A stretch of 64,000 nucleotides of DNA, taken from the NCBI GenBank assembly GCA_000388065.2, contig KB932206.1; one strand, written 5' to 3'. Under the pieces are notes generated by a model that did not search any database, had not been told where the DNA came from, and saw only the letters and a list, made by a program, of their open reading frames with translations. This DNA is from Fonticula alba ATCC 38817 (Eukaryota; Protista; Nucleariida). Both the position numbers and the translations under genes were made by a program. This document shows, one piece after another, positions 38,001 through 51,024 of this stretch. Position 1 is the stretch's first letter, and every line of letters starts with the position of its first letter.

Positions 38001-41000
38001 GCGAGAACCAAGGCATGTGAATGGCCTTCGGATAGGGGGTCAGGTGGCGGAGCTTCACATTGTCCCAGGTGGGCTCTTGGGCCGAGGCCCCGGTCACCAG
38101 GGCAGCAAGACCACCCACGGTGGGGGGCACGCCGGCGGAAGTCCGGCCCAGGATGCCCCCCTCGGGTGCCGACTGCCCGGGCAGCAGGAGAGGCAAGATG
38201 CTGGCACTGAGAGAGGCATCCAGCAGGCCGGACGAGGGGCTCGGCCCGGGGGACATGGCGGCGCCGGCGGTGCTGCTTGCCGTGAGCGGGTCCTTGCAGA
38301 ACCCCCGCATGAATTGATGTGCATCGGCCAGGCGAATGGACCGCGGCTCGATGTACTGGGCATTGGGCAGCAGCTGGCCGGCCGAGATGAACCACTCCTC
38401 CTGCTGGCCATCCTCCGGACGAACACTGGACAGGTGTAGGAAGTTGCTGATCGATAGCATGGGAGCCATGTCGCCCTCGGATGACCGAAGCACTCGCATG
38501 CGGGAAGCCTGCAGCATGTTCATGGCCATCCAATCCGCATGGACATGGAAATGCTGGGCCGCCAGCCAGGTATCCTGGGGCCCGATGGCATGGCACTTGC
38601 CATCTTCCACCGGAGCGTCGCGGATGTCACAGCGGCTGGCACACAGCCCCTTCTCGGTGATGAGGAGCCCCGGGTCGCACAACATGCACCGGGCATTCTG
38701 GCACAGCTGGCACCCATCAATCGAGCAGCTGGAACAGCGAGCCTCAGTCCCGGCCGTGAGGCCGGCCACGGTGGTGTCACTCACCCCGGCCGAGCCGCTC
38801 GGGGCGCCGGATTCCGAGCTACACTGGCTACAAAGCTCAGCCTCCGGGCCGGGCGTGTGGAAGCCCTGTGCACACTCGCACAGGTCCTCCACCAGAAGGC
38901 CGGTCGGGAGGAAGGAGCAGCCCAGGGCGCCGACCGGCGAATGGCCATCGACCTCTTCGCCGGCATCATCATCATCATCATCATCACCACCAGCACCACC
39001 ACCGGGGGAGGTGGAAAGATTGGCCGCCGGGCAAAGGGCCCCCCGGTCCCAGTCGGCCAACTTGGTGCAGCGACCAACTTCACCACAGCCACAGCCATTG
39101 GACGGGCTGGCCTGGCGGAAGATGGCACCCACACGGGTAGCCCCATTCAAGAGGACCACCTCCGATTGGCCGTCATTTTCCACATCCAGGACAACCACCT
39201 CCACCGGACCACCGGCAAAGGCCTGGAAGGACCGGCGCGGGACCAGGGGCTGGTGGTTGACAGCCACCGAGTGCGTCCTGGGGGCCTGGTCATCGAAGCG
39301 CACATCCACCCGGTGCAGCCAATCGCCGGACCAGAGGAAGATCCGCGCCCGGCCGGCATCCATGACCAGGGGATCGGACGCGGCCGACAGCAACGCCGAG
39401 GGTGGGACCAGCTCACCGTACCCGAGGTCGGCGAAGGTCAGCAGCGGCAGGGCCGGCAGGAAGTTCGGCCGGAAGTCGCTGCCGGAGGCGACATTCCTCA
39501 GGAGGAACACCAGCCCACCCGCGGGGAGGGCCGGCTGGCCGTCGGTGGCCGCCGTCGCGGTCGTGGGATTCCGCGGGATCAGCAGGAAGGAAGGCCGCTG
39601 GCCTGGACTCGGCAACAGAGGCACCAGCATCCCACAGGGAAGCCGCGGGATGAGGGTCTCCGCTGGCAGGGCCGGCAAATGCAGGATGTCGAAGGACTGG
39701 AAGGGATACCACAGGAGCTCGCAGTCGGTCTGCCCGGCAGGCAGGTGGTTCAGCACCACCATGGTCTCAATGCCAAAGTCATTGTCCACAGCGGCCCAGT
39801 GCACCGAGGAGATGGTGGTGTTGGAAATGGCCCGGGAGCCGAATTGCGGGCCCAGGTGCACACGAAGCATGGCTTCCGGGCCCTCCTCGCCGACAACCCG
39901 ACCGAGGGTGATGTTGGTGAAGTCCCAGCCGATATTCTCCTGCATGCGCTGGCACCGTCCAGACAGGCTGGATTCCGCGCAGGTTAGCAGGTTCCGGGCG
40001 TTCATCATCATGGGGATCTTTTGGTTGTACTTGATCAGCGGCCGGGAGCTGAGGCTGCTGGTGGGGTGGGTGGTGGCGCGATAGCCGCCCCCGAGGCGGC
40101 TGGCGCTGAAGGCCACCGACCCGCTGTTGTCATAGCCAGAGAAGAAGTCCACGCCCTCGCCGGAGGGGTGCGCGATGAAGTCCAACCGCAGGCGCATGTG
40201 TGTCTCCACCATGTCCATGAGCACGCCAATGGGCGAGCCAGACCAAAAGGCCGAGGCCACGCTGTGCGACGCACCGGGGAGGGCAAAATGCCCGTCGACC
40301 GTCGCATCGAAGAAGGGCTGACTCGGGGGGTCCAGCGTCACAATCACCTCCGGGGCGCCGGGACTCACGCAGGCGCCCTGCTGGAGAGCCTTGCCTTCGG
40401 GGCAGGACGAGCACGCGGTGGCCAGCGGCCCGGTGCAGGTGGCGCACGATTCGTGACACGCCTGGCAGGGGCCGTCTGCATGCCGGAAGACCGGACGGGG
40501 AGGGGGGGGGGGGGGGGAATGTTAAAAGCCTGAAGAGATCACCAAGAGAAAGGGAAAACACAAACCCCAGCCCGGCTCGGCCGCATGCACGGGCGGCGCG
40601 GGAGCAGGGCACCCGGGCAGCTGGACGGCAGAAGCATGCGTACCTCCCACACGGTAGAAGCCGGTGTGGCAGAATTCGCACGGCGCCAGGCCGGGGCTGG
40701 CACCCGCATGCGGGTCCAGGCACTCGCATGAGGGCGGCGCGAAGAAGCCCTCCGGGCTGGGAATGCATCGGGCGTTTGGACCACACAGGCAGCTTGGCGA
40801 GGCGGGCACCTGGGACAGGAGCATGACATTGGCCCCGGACGACTTGTGCGCCAGAGCCAGGTCCAGTCGACCATCGCCATCGTAGTCCCCGGTGGCCACG
40901 GAATACCAAACACCCTCGGTGGAGGGGAAGTCCGGCAGCAGGGGCGCGCCCTTGACCGCTCGCAGGCCGACATGGGACACCTGGCCCTTGACCGGGAGGA

Positions 41001-42171
41001 TGGGCCCGGGAACCAGCCACACGCGGCTGCCATGCGCCACAATGAGGCTGGAGTGGCCGGGGGCCAGCAACTTCGGTGCCACAGCCACCTTGGGCCAGCG
41101 GCTCTTGAGCGGGATGCTGGCGAGCGCCGGGTCGTCCCTGGTCATGTCCTCCAGAGAAAGGTGCACCGGCGAGCTGAGGCTCGAGGACAGGATGAAAACC
41201 ACCTGCTCCGGGATGGTGGACGTGGCCCCGGAGACCACGGCCAAATCCGTGGCCAGGCCATCGCCATCGAAGTCCCCGACGACGATCTGCTGCGGCACAA
41301 AGCCCGCCGGCAGCCGATACAAAAGGGAAATGTCGGACACCTTGCTGCCGGTGGTGGACCGACCGATGTTGTGCAGCCAGTAGATGGAATACGGGCTATT
41401 GGGATCCAGGGGCAGGGTGCCGGTGGTGACGGCATCCACCTGCCCATCCCCATCAAGGTCGGTGGCTGCCAGCAGGTGGGGAAACGCCAGCCCGAAGTTG
41501 TCGGTCAGATCGGAGGAGAAGATGTTGTCCTGGAGGGGCTTCAGGTGGACCCTACTGCCATAGAGGGTGAGCAGGTGTGGTGCCATGCGCGGGGGCGAGA
41601 CCGAATCGTAGATCATGGCCGGGCTGTACCCGCCGATCGGCAGCTCGGCCACATTGCGCTCACTCAGCAGGATGGCCGAGGTGGACACGTATACCAGCGA
41701 GTCGAAGGCATCCAGGGCATTGGTCAGCAGCTTGGAATACACGGAAATCGGCTGGACCGGGCCCCGGACAAAGGGATAGTCCGTGAAGCAGAAGATCGGA
41801 ATCATGATGCCGGGCAGGAAGCGCATCGGACGCTCCCCGGCGAAGTCGGACCGGCGCTTGCCCTCGGGCGACGTGCGCACCGAGTAGAAGGACCGCGTGT
41901 AGGCGATGTCGTCATAGCCATCCGGCCCGCCGATGGTCAAGCGGCGCTGGGAGTAGAAATCGCAGAACTGAATGTTCGCATGTTGCTCGACGGACATGGC
42001 GGAGTCCAGGCGCCAGACGGTGTGGAATTCCGGCACGGGCAGATCGACGGAAGAGGACGGCCGCGGTGCAAGCCCTCCAACCAGGAGGAGCAGCAGCAGC
42101 CCGAGCAGCGGGTGCAGCAGCGTGACCCGGCGCCAGCTTGGACGGGCGGCGCCACTCCGTGAGCCCGGCAT
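32060..42171 (-). CDS. Giant single-pass receptor-like TKL Ser/Thr kinase (signal peptide, FG-GAP-like repeats, EGF/furin-like Cys-rich repeats, TM, kinase), multi-exon
   Basis: Signal peptide LLHPLLGLLLLLLVGGLA; DxDGDG loops; many CxxCxxxCxxCxG furin repeats; TM ILILAIVLPVVLGLILLLVLMYFAM-RRAR; kinase motifs GEGSQAQV, CAIK, HRDLKPQN, DFG, YAPPE, DVYSLG. Confidence 0.9.
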
Positions 42172-43422
42172 GAGGCTGCCCCGGGCCGCACCGAGGTCCA
42201 GGGCAGGGGAGCGGGGGGGGGGGGGNNNNNNNNNNNNNNNNNNNNNNNNNNNNNNNNNNNNNNNNNNNNNNNNNNNNNNNNNNNNNNNNNNNNNNNNNNN
42301 NNNNNNNNNNNNNNNNNNNNNNNNNNNNNNNNNNNNNNNNNNNNNNNNNNNNNNNNNNNNNNNNNNNNNNNNNNNNNNNNNNNNNNNNNNNNNNNNGGCC
42401 TGAGGCCCATGTGTAGAAGGAAGGGCATGTAATACAGGGATGACAACAACAACAATAACAACAACAACAACAACAAGAAGGACAACAACATCATCAATAT
42501 CAAAAAAAAAACAGACCCCACGAGGGAAGGAAAACAACAGCAACATGCGAGACGCCCCCTGGATGGCACACTCGCGGCTGGGAGGGTGATTTACTTCGAC
42601 AAGGGGCCCCGACGCCTTGGCTCGGCTCCGGGCCCGGAGGGTGATGGATGCGTCCAATATTGTGGCACGATTACTAACCGGGGTCCCTCCGTCGGACTCC
42701 GCGAGCTTGACCCCGCTGGCCGTGGGAGGACCACGGAAAAAGACAAGGCCCATGGATGCGCTGAAAAAAAATAGCACCTCTCTCGAGCCAGGTGGCCCGG
42801 ACCCGAGCCCCCTCCCCCCGAGCAGGCCATTCGCCCAGGCCCAATGGACGTTATTTGCCCCTGGACTCGAGCTGTTTTTTTTTTTCGTGTGCCTGGCCCA
42901 GGCGCATGCCCGGCTGTGCAGGCGAGACGCGGCCCGCCCCGGGACTTTGGGGGCGGACGGCTGAATGCCGCCCCCCCACCCCCCCCCCCCCCCCCTCTTT
43001 GTTTCCCGGGCGCCCCCCCCCCCCCCCGGCCTGGTCCGTCGAGGGACCCACACCCGAAGATGACGCCACGTACATTGCGCGCTTAGACTCACGAGGAGTG
43101 GAGTGGGTGGACAAGCGAAGAGGAAGGAGCGAGGCAAGGGCCGGGGGAATGAGCAATGTCGAGAACGGGTGACAGGTTGGTGGACAGCAGCAGCCATGGA
43201 GGATCTGGGGACTTCCTTTAAAAGATATGAGGACGGCCGGTGAGCGTCCCTGCGGCTTGCCCGTGCGTCCAGGGGGCTGGGCAGGGGGGGGGGGGGACGG
43301 GGAGGCGCCCTGCGCATTCGCGCAACAGCAAGAGGAGAAAAAATGGTGACAACCCCAAAAACAAGGACAACCGCAAATACAGGGATGACAACAACAACAA
43401 TAACAACAACAANNNNNNNNNN

Positions 43423-43469
<47 letters not shown>

Positions 43470-44183
43470 GCTCCCGCGCGTCGAATGGGCTGACCCAAAC
43501 GGGGCGGCGGCCTGCATAGGCCGCCGGCGGTGGTGGTGCCCGGTCCCGGGCCTAGGGGCCACACCCGGTTGAACAGGACCCCGGGCCGGGGAGGCCGGGG
43601 GCAACGCGGGGCTGAAAGCCTTGCAAGCGGGGGCCGCGGGGACACACAGCCCGGCACACTGCACGGATGAAAGTGTGAAAATCACTTAAACAAGCGGCAT
43701 ATTCGCCCGATCCCGTGGTTAATCCGACATTCCACACACTTAACTCGGGATACCCCGCACCGGCGGACTTGAGCCGCTGCTCCAGGGGGGGGGAGGGAGG
43801 GAGGGAGGGGGGGGGGCGGGACTAGAATCCCTGAGATATACTGGCACGCCAAAGGGCCACTCCCGCGGGCCACCTCTTTTGTGCCCGAGGCTGTGGTGTC
43901 CGCGCGAAGGGAAGTCGCATCGGTTCGAGAAGGCACATTACCGGCTGGCAGGGGCTCCTGTCCAGCCGGGGCGTCGCCTCAGTCGGGCAACCCTGCGGAT
44001 GCCCGGACCGGGGATCGGCGGCGGCCCGGGCGCAGGTGCTCGCTCAAGCCGGGCACCAGCCCCGAGTGCAGGGAGCGAGATCGCGACACACCGGCCAGCA
44101 CCCTGGCATGGAAGATGGATGCCGGCCGATGGATGGCCATGGGTGGGGGGCAGGAGGGCAGATCCGGAAAGGGGAAGTGTACT

Positions 44184-44253
44184 CCCGGGAAGCGGGAGCC
44201 AGGCCCGGGAGGCGGGAGCCAGGCCCGGGAGGCGGGAGCCAGGCCCGGGAGGC
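44184..44253. repeat. 20-bp tandem repeat, about 3.5 copies (CCCGGGAGGCGGGAGCCAGG)
   Basis: Directly visible; the copies abut with no spacers. Confidence 0.9.
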
Positions 44254-44652
44254 TGGCCGACAAGCTGGGCCAAGATCCCCGCCAGATGGGTGACCCCTTG
44301 CCGGTTGCAGGCACGCCTACGATCGGAAGGCCGAGGGGCGACGAGGTACCGGGATGATGTCGGAGTCGCCGACCTAGGGATCCAGGCAGACGGCGGCCCA
44401 GCACCGGTTCAGGCGTGAGGGATAGGGAGACATCGCAGCTCGGTGGGCTGAGGGGGCGCAGCGCATCAAAGAGCCTTGGCAAGAGCCTGCACGGGCCGGG
44501 AGCGAGCAGGGGCTCTTGATGGACGGGCTTCGTGGCGGAAGCCCCGGCGAGGAATTCGCGACCGAGGAAATCCCCGTCGGCGCTCAGTGCGGTTATTCGC
44601 GCGAGTATATGCCCAGCCCAGGAAGCGGCCTTGGCCAGGGGCCGAGAGAGAA

Positions 44653-44695
<43 letters not shown>

Positions 44696-47600
44696 CCCCG
44701 CCCCGGTCTCATGAAGCCGGGCAAGCCCGCGGCGTCTACTTCGCTGGCACTGTCGCCGCGACCGACCATCGGCCAGCATGGCCACCGGGGGAAAGGGATC
44801 ATGGATGCTTCGGTCGGACCAGGAACGGTGGCCTGAGGCCCATGTGTAGAAGGAAGGGCATGTCCACAGGTGGGCCGGGCATTGCAGCGACCGCGCACCC
44901 AGACAAGCGAGACCGCCGGACACAGGCTGGCCCGGGGGCCGAGTTATGGGCGAGGGCGGGCCGGGCATTGGGAGCCTTCGTCGCCGGTGCCCTTCACTTC
45001 GGCTGGCACCTGTGGCGGAGCCACCAGCATTCCGTATGTCGAGAGGCTTGCCAGATCCCACACACGGCGGGCCATCCGGGGGCGAAGGCTTCGCCCGCTG
45101 AGGGGACACATCGAGCTCCCTGGCGGAGTGCGACCATGCTCCGGGAGTTGAGGCTCTCGGTGTGTCTCTGTGTCTGTGTGTATGTGGCGCTGGTGGTTTT
45201 TCGCTCGGCATTTTCACCGGCACCATGTCCAGGAAACAGTGTCGGCGTGTCGGGCCTCGGCGTGGCCGTGATCGAGCTGACTCCCAGCCCGCACAGCACA
45301 CCACACGCGCGGACCCATGGCTGCTCCCTCTGGTGTCGCCGTGAAGGGGCCGCTTCTGGTTCAATGGACTGCCCTCGCTCGGGCGTCACATCCACAGCCC
45401 ACCGGCAAAGGCCCGGCGAGGTGCAATACCTCGGTCCTGGGGCCCCGTTCAGCCGGCCGGCCGGCCGGCCGGCGTGAAGAGGCTCTGAAGAGCCGATGAC
45501 CAGGCACGAGCCGCACGCGCCACCGGGACGGCCATTTTCTCTGGCACCGCCGGCGGCCGAGCGGGGGCGTGACCCCTGGGCCGCGCGCGACAGGCCTGCC
45601 ATTCCTACAGTGGCGCCCACCCTCGCCCGGTCCCAGGCACGGGGAGAAGGAAATGCCCTGAGCGCCAGGGGCCCCAAAATCGGGCAGTCGCAATCCCATG
45701 CTCGAGACGGCCCTCTGGGCAATTGTTGTGGAGGGATCGCCTGGCGGCTTGGGGCTGGGGTCTATCACGCGAAGTCGCGCCCCGCCATGCAGGCAGACAT
45801 GTGTGTGCCGAGGGCTCGGCGACCAGAGCCGCCCCTCCTTGAGGACATGGCCGGGGCGCGTGCCTGGCAGCCGGACGGAGCAGGGCATTCTTGAGGAGGG
45901 CCCCTGGTGAGACGCGCCATCGGCTGTTGGAAGTGTAGCCATGGCTGGCTCGGGCTCGGGGGGACTTCGGGGGCAGCGCGGCCGGCCCGGGGCGACCATT
46001 CAAGGGACGACGGCCATTGGCGGTCGCCGGCGGGCGTGATGGGCTTCGGTGGTCCTCCACCGGATCACCCATTCCTCACATGGAAGCATCGGGTCCTATG
46101 AGTGGCCGGCCTTTGCTGGCGGCTGCTTCCTGTTTGTTTGTTTTTTTATCCGGCGACATAGGCACCCGGCGAGGGTGCACCCGTCATGGCCGTCACCAGG
46201 GAGGGTGACCACAGGCGGCAGGGGCTTTCTTCCCAATGGTGACTGTCGGCGCCGCGTCGCTCGGGGGTCTGCGGCGGGTGTCCCCAGAGCCGGTTTCGCC
46301 AGACGGGGTCCCGGAGTGTCCGCCCGCCTGCCTAGAGGTACGCACCAGGGCGGGGACTGGGGTCCATCCGCTCGGGGCAGGGGCACGCAGGGAGGGCGGC
46401 CGACGCCCATCATGCCTGTGCCTCGCAATCCGCGGGCAGATATCCATGAGATAGCCCAGAGACCGGCGATCCTGGCAGACGCTGCGCCCGCTGCCCAACA
46501 GCCATTCGCAGAAATGGAGCGAGAGAGGCGAGGGCTCACTGTTCTGCCGAGCATCGAAGACCATGTCGCCATGTCCACCGCCAGCAGGGGCCTCCTCCCA
46601 GGGCACAGGGACCCGGGGGGTGGCCAAGGGGGGAATGAACACCGGTCATCCTTTGCAGGATCAGGGGGAAAAAACTCCCCTGCAGCCCGGCATGGAGCCG
46701 TGGTCGGTTGTTTGAAAGCCCTGAGAAGTCATCGGCCAAGCTGGCAGAATGCCGAGTGGGGCCTTTGTGTGTGAGTGTGTGTAAAAGGCAGCCACGAGCC
46801 ACGGTGTGTAGCATCTCCGACTTGCTGATGGTTGCGGGGACCTTTGCAAGAAGTGGCCCTTCGGAGGAGACGAAAAAGCGGGGAGGTGCATCGACCTCCA
46901 GGGCAGGTGCCCGGTGCGATCGGAGGCACGATAGTCCACACATGCACCCCACCGTGCCGGGCGTGAGGGCCCGTGCGGCTCGCCAACCGGGAGGCCAGCA
47001 CGGATGGTCACCCTGTCGGCAGGGCATGCACACCCGGGGACGAGCTCCAAAGGCCCGGATCGCCGTCCGGCTCGGCCAGGGCACCGGCCCCATGTGAGCC
47101 ACACTCGCGCCGACGCACGTCGACCCGAGGCAGACCATCTGCCAAGCGCACGCGCGTGGGGGCCGGCCCCAGCGGCGCATCTCCACTTGGCTGGCTGGAG
47201 GTCATCGACTCGCGGAGCCCGTCGGAGAGGGCCCGGCGGGGCTGCCTCGGGGCCGGGGAGCCTCGGTCGGCTTCGGCGGGCTACTCGGCGGCGACGTGCC
47301 GCACCGGCAGGTCCGCTGCGAAGCTGGCCAGGGCCGAGGCATCGTCGTCATCCCTTTCCCGAGTAGACACGCCGGGCCTGGTTGCGGGGAAGGAGGGAAA
47401 CTGGCCGGTGCACTGTCGGTCAGGCATGCGGACGCACGTCTGCAGGCCCGGCACCATGCCACCCTCGTCAAGGCAGCCCGGGAACCATGATGTCCAATGG
47501 GAAACTCGCTGAAGCAGGGTCACTCGCCAAGGGGGCCGCCGGGCAATTCCCAACCCGTGTCACTGGCCCCGGGGACACAGTCAAGCGTATTTCCCGCCGC

Positions 47601-49139
47601 CGGTCAATTTGTTCCACCTGATGGAGGGCCCATCCACCGTATCTAAGCCCTCCACACTGGAGGCCTTCTGGCAAGGGGGCGCTTTCTCGGCCAAGGAGAC
47701 GCCATTGAAAGGTGATCCAGGGGGTGCATCAGCGGCCAAAGCCGGCAGCCCCGCGCCGGATGGATCCCTTGACCCGTCCCGGGCAGGCCGCGCGCTGGTG
47801 GCAACTCGGTCGGCCGTCTTCTCGCCCGGTCGGCGGTTTGGGCCGGCGCCCGGGCTGCCAAAGTGTCTAGGTGGGCTTTTTGCCTGCGCCGGGGCTCCCT
47901 CGCACATGGGCCACCTCCAGCCGGAGGGAGTCCGTCGGCTAGGAGGAGAACGGCCACCCGCGGGGCAAGCGGTGTCAGTGTCCATGGCGTCGCTAGTTCC
48001 AAGGGAAGCCGGTCGGAAGAACGCCTCAAAGTGGGGCAATGCCACAAGCAGCCCGGCGATGGGCAGGGGGGGGGGGATATGCCCATAGAGGGGGGGCGAG
48101 CTTGTGAGACAAAGGACCCCCCAGCCCTGCCACGGGAGGGGGTGAGAAGAGCCCAGGCTTCATTGGGGCCGATGCCCCGGCGAGGCTGATGCCGATGAAG
48201 CCGCCCCCCTCGGCCCCGGCCCCATGCACCTGGCTGTCCTTGTCACCCGGTCGCATGTGGTCCCTCGGGGCCGAAGGCTCCCCTCGAGGAAGGTAGTCCG
48301 ATACCAAGCCCGGTCGAGGACTCCCGGGGGGGGGGGGGGGGGCCGCCGGCACTCGGACCACCGGCCTCGACCGGAGGACAGAGTTCGATCCGGGCCCAGA
48401 GCCGGGCAGCAAAGTGCCTGCCTGGCAAGGCGACAGGGCCCACCGCCGTGCGGAAGGTCCCCCGGCTCTGGGCGGTCGACCGATGGGCCGATCTCCACCC
48501 CGGCCAGTTGCATGGGGGGCGGGCACTGGCGGTGCGGCGACTGGCAAGGCCAAATGACAGGGGCGAAGGAGCAGTCGACCAGTCGACCAGGGAAGGCGGA
48601 GCCAGGGCGAGGGGCGCCCATCGGGGGGATGCGCGAATGCCGAGCCAAGCCTCGCAGCCCCGAGGCAGGGCTAGGTGCTTGGGTCGCCACCCGCTCGAAC
48701 AACAGCACCCCACACCCTTCGGCGATGCATGGACGATCAGGGGCCCCCGGCGCAAGCGGATGCACCGGTCACGGCCCTCTGAAGCCGAGGAGGCAGGCAG
48801 TGCCTCTCTCTTGTCGGCGAAGGGCCGGCATGGGCCCGGCCCGACGCGCCCCCGGACCCAGGACTGCGAGACCGAGGCATTCGCTGCCCGGACCGGCCGG
48901 TCCCCGGGCCGGGGGCCGAAACCCAGGCGGCGCCGGCATATCCGGGAAGCCGAAAAAAAGACCGCGCCAAAGATGCTCTTCGCCCGATCGACGAAAAGCC
49001 GGACCCTCTCGTGGTTCCGCCCCGGGGCGCCCGCCCCGTCCTGTCTCTCGGGCGCCATCGGCAAGCGGCGCGGCGACCGGCAAGGGCGCGCGAAGGGAGA
49101 GAGGCGGACGCCGGGTGCACCGCAGCAAAAAAAAGGATG

Positions 49140-49221
49140 CATCACCGGCAGGATTTGAACCTACGCGGGCAGAGCCCATCCGATTTCTAATCGGACTCCT
49201 TAACCACTCGGACACGGTGAT
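49140..49221 (-). tRNA. tRNA-Ser(AGA)
   Basis: 82-nt cloverleaf with long variable arm, anticodon loop TTAGAAA and an oligo-T terminator about 6 nt downstream. Confidence 0.95.
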
Positions 49222-49309
49222 GTGCATGTGATCTTCCGCCAGCACACCTGCCACAAAAACAGGCCCCGCTGGGGGGGGTGTTGGGCTTGGATGGGACATC
49301 AAAAGAGGA

Positions 49310-49381
49310 AGGTCGAGCCGAGAATCGAACTCGGATTGACAGATTCAGAGTCTGCCGTGATAACCATTACACCACTCAACC
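49310..49381 (-). tRNA. tRNA-Gln(CTG)
   Basis: GGTTGAG/CTCGACC acceptor stem, anticodon loop CTCTGAA, T-loop TTCGATT. Confidence 0.95.
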
Positions 49382-50952
49382 ACGGGGAGGGGAATCCTTG
49401 TGTGGCCCTTTTTCGCTCGCGCTTTTGGCGGCCTGGTCCTGGGACGCACGCCTTCGGGCACTTCCCCCCCCCCCCCTCCCCCCCCACACCCGTACGACTA
49501 ACACCGAGACGCCTGCCAAGGGCGCGCTCACGAGCCTCCGCATCGGTCGAACGGCCTAGGACCGGTATATGGCCCTCGGCTGGTGGGGGGGGGGGGGGGG
49601 GGGCAACGGCAGAGGACACACCTCGCTCGTTGATGGTGTGGTCGTCGGTGGCACCGCCAGAGCCGACCTGCACACCGCTGCGGGGCACCGTGCCCGATGG
49701 CCGCGCATGCGCGGCACCCCTTGCCCTCAAGAGGACCACATCTCCTGACGAACGCCGGGACAGGGCCAGGAGGATCATTCGCCAGTCAGGGGCCTTGCTG
49801 CCTGCCCCGCGCGGACTCCGAAGACCGCCCTCCTCGCTGGAGCCCGAGCCCCGGGGCATTCGGCCTCGCGCAGGCGCGCGCGCGCGCCAGTTGACAACGT
49901 CCACCCGTGAACATGTTGGCCGGTGGTCGGGCCATCCCCAGACGGGGGGAGCCCGTCCGGGGCGCACCTGCTCGGCGGGCGGCCCGGGCGCCAGATAAAC
50001 GACCCGACATCCCGCCGACGGGGTAGGGCCTGCCCGTGCGCCGAGGGAAAATGTACCCCCCTCGGGGGGCAGAGTTGTCCGGCGTCGCCTTTCGGCCGCC
50101 CCAAGGAGCACCTCGGCCGGCGTTGCACGCTGAAAGCCGGGGAACGGTGTGCCCGGCAAGGGGACGCGACTTTCACCAGCTGGATTGGCGCCCCGGCCCC
50201 GGCCCTTGTGGTCGGCCTGCGCCCCCGAGCCGCCTGACGCCGACACTTTGCAGGGGGGGAGGCGGGAGGGATTCAGCGGACGGCGAAGGAGGCCGGCATT
50301 CTCTCTGGAGACCGCGCCAAGAGTAAAATGTCCCCCCGCGCACCGGGCAGAGGGCACACTTGCTCCCCCCACCTGCTCCCCCGAAAGACATGCCCCCAGG
50401 GCGCCAGCAAGCCGGTCCTCGGGCCGGGGCCCCAAGTGGGCGAGAAAAGGATCCGCGGCCGGGCGAGCATCACCAGAGGAGGAAGCGCACGGGTGGCACA
50501 CGCTCGGGGGGGGGGGGGGACGGGGACCGGCACCGAGAAGGGTGCGCACCGGGAAATGGCTCCCACGATCCTGGCAGACAACAGGGGGTTCCCTCCCGAA
50601 GACCATCGTCGACCAGCCCCCTCCCGGACTCGTCGGCGCCTCAAGGGGGGCGCCCCAGGGGGCGTCTGCCAGCGCCCACCAACAAGCCGAGAGTCACACA
50701 CTGGCGGGCGGACACACTAACGGAGATGAATAAACAAACAGCCCCCGGGCAACGACCGCTCCCCGGGCCGGCATACCCCCCGCCGTCAAACCACCCACAG
50801 GAGAAAGGAGGGCGTGGGCCCTTTTTTTCTTCCCGCCCAGCCGGCCGGCCGGCCGGCCGGCAGAGCACCCTTTTCCTCGAGCCTCGCGTCTTCCCCGGCC
50901 AGGACACAGAGGGGGAGAAGAGGTCGGGACATCGGGGGGGGGCAAAAAACAA

Positions 50953-51024
50953 GGGGAGATCCGGGAATCGAACCCGGGACCTCTCGCACCCTAAGCGAGA
51001 ATCATACCACTAGACTAATCTCCC
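50953..51024 (-). tRNA. tRNA-Pro(AGG)
   Basis: GGGAGAT/ATCTCCC stem, loop TTAGGGT, TTCGA T-loop and a T6 terminator. Confidence 0.96.

Larger units (their letters stand above)
3051..43421. other. Nine assembly gaps: 3051-3161, 4673-4710, 7583-7623, 12505-12724, 16773-17144, 23205-23500, 25514-25618, 42226-42396, 43413-43421
   Basis: N runs; most abut C or G homopolymers or microsatellites. Confidence 0.99.

Noticed and set aside
44184-44253. 20-bp direct repeats as a CRISPR array
   Set aside because: The repeats are contiguous with no spacers, there are no cas genes, and the context is eukaryotic.
47486-47515. ATGATG...CTGA as a C/D-box snoRNA
   Set aside because: Too short, imperfect C box, no terminal stem and no evident rRNA guide.
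43900-50700. Multiple 250-460-aa ORFs in the tRNA-containing intergenic region
   Set aside because: They overlap tRNA genes and (GA)n tracts, occur in all six frames and have no recognisable motifs; this is stop-codon scarcity at high GC.
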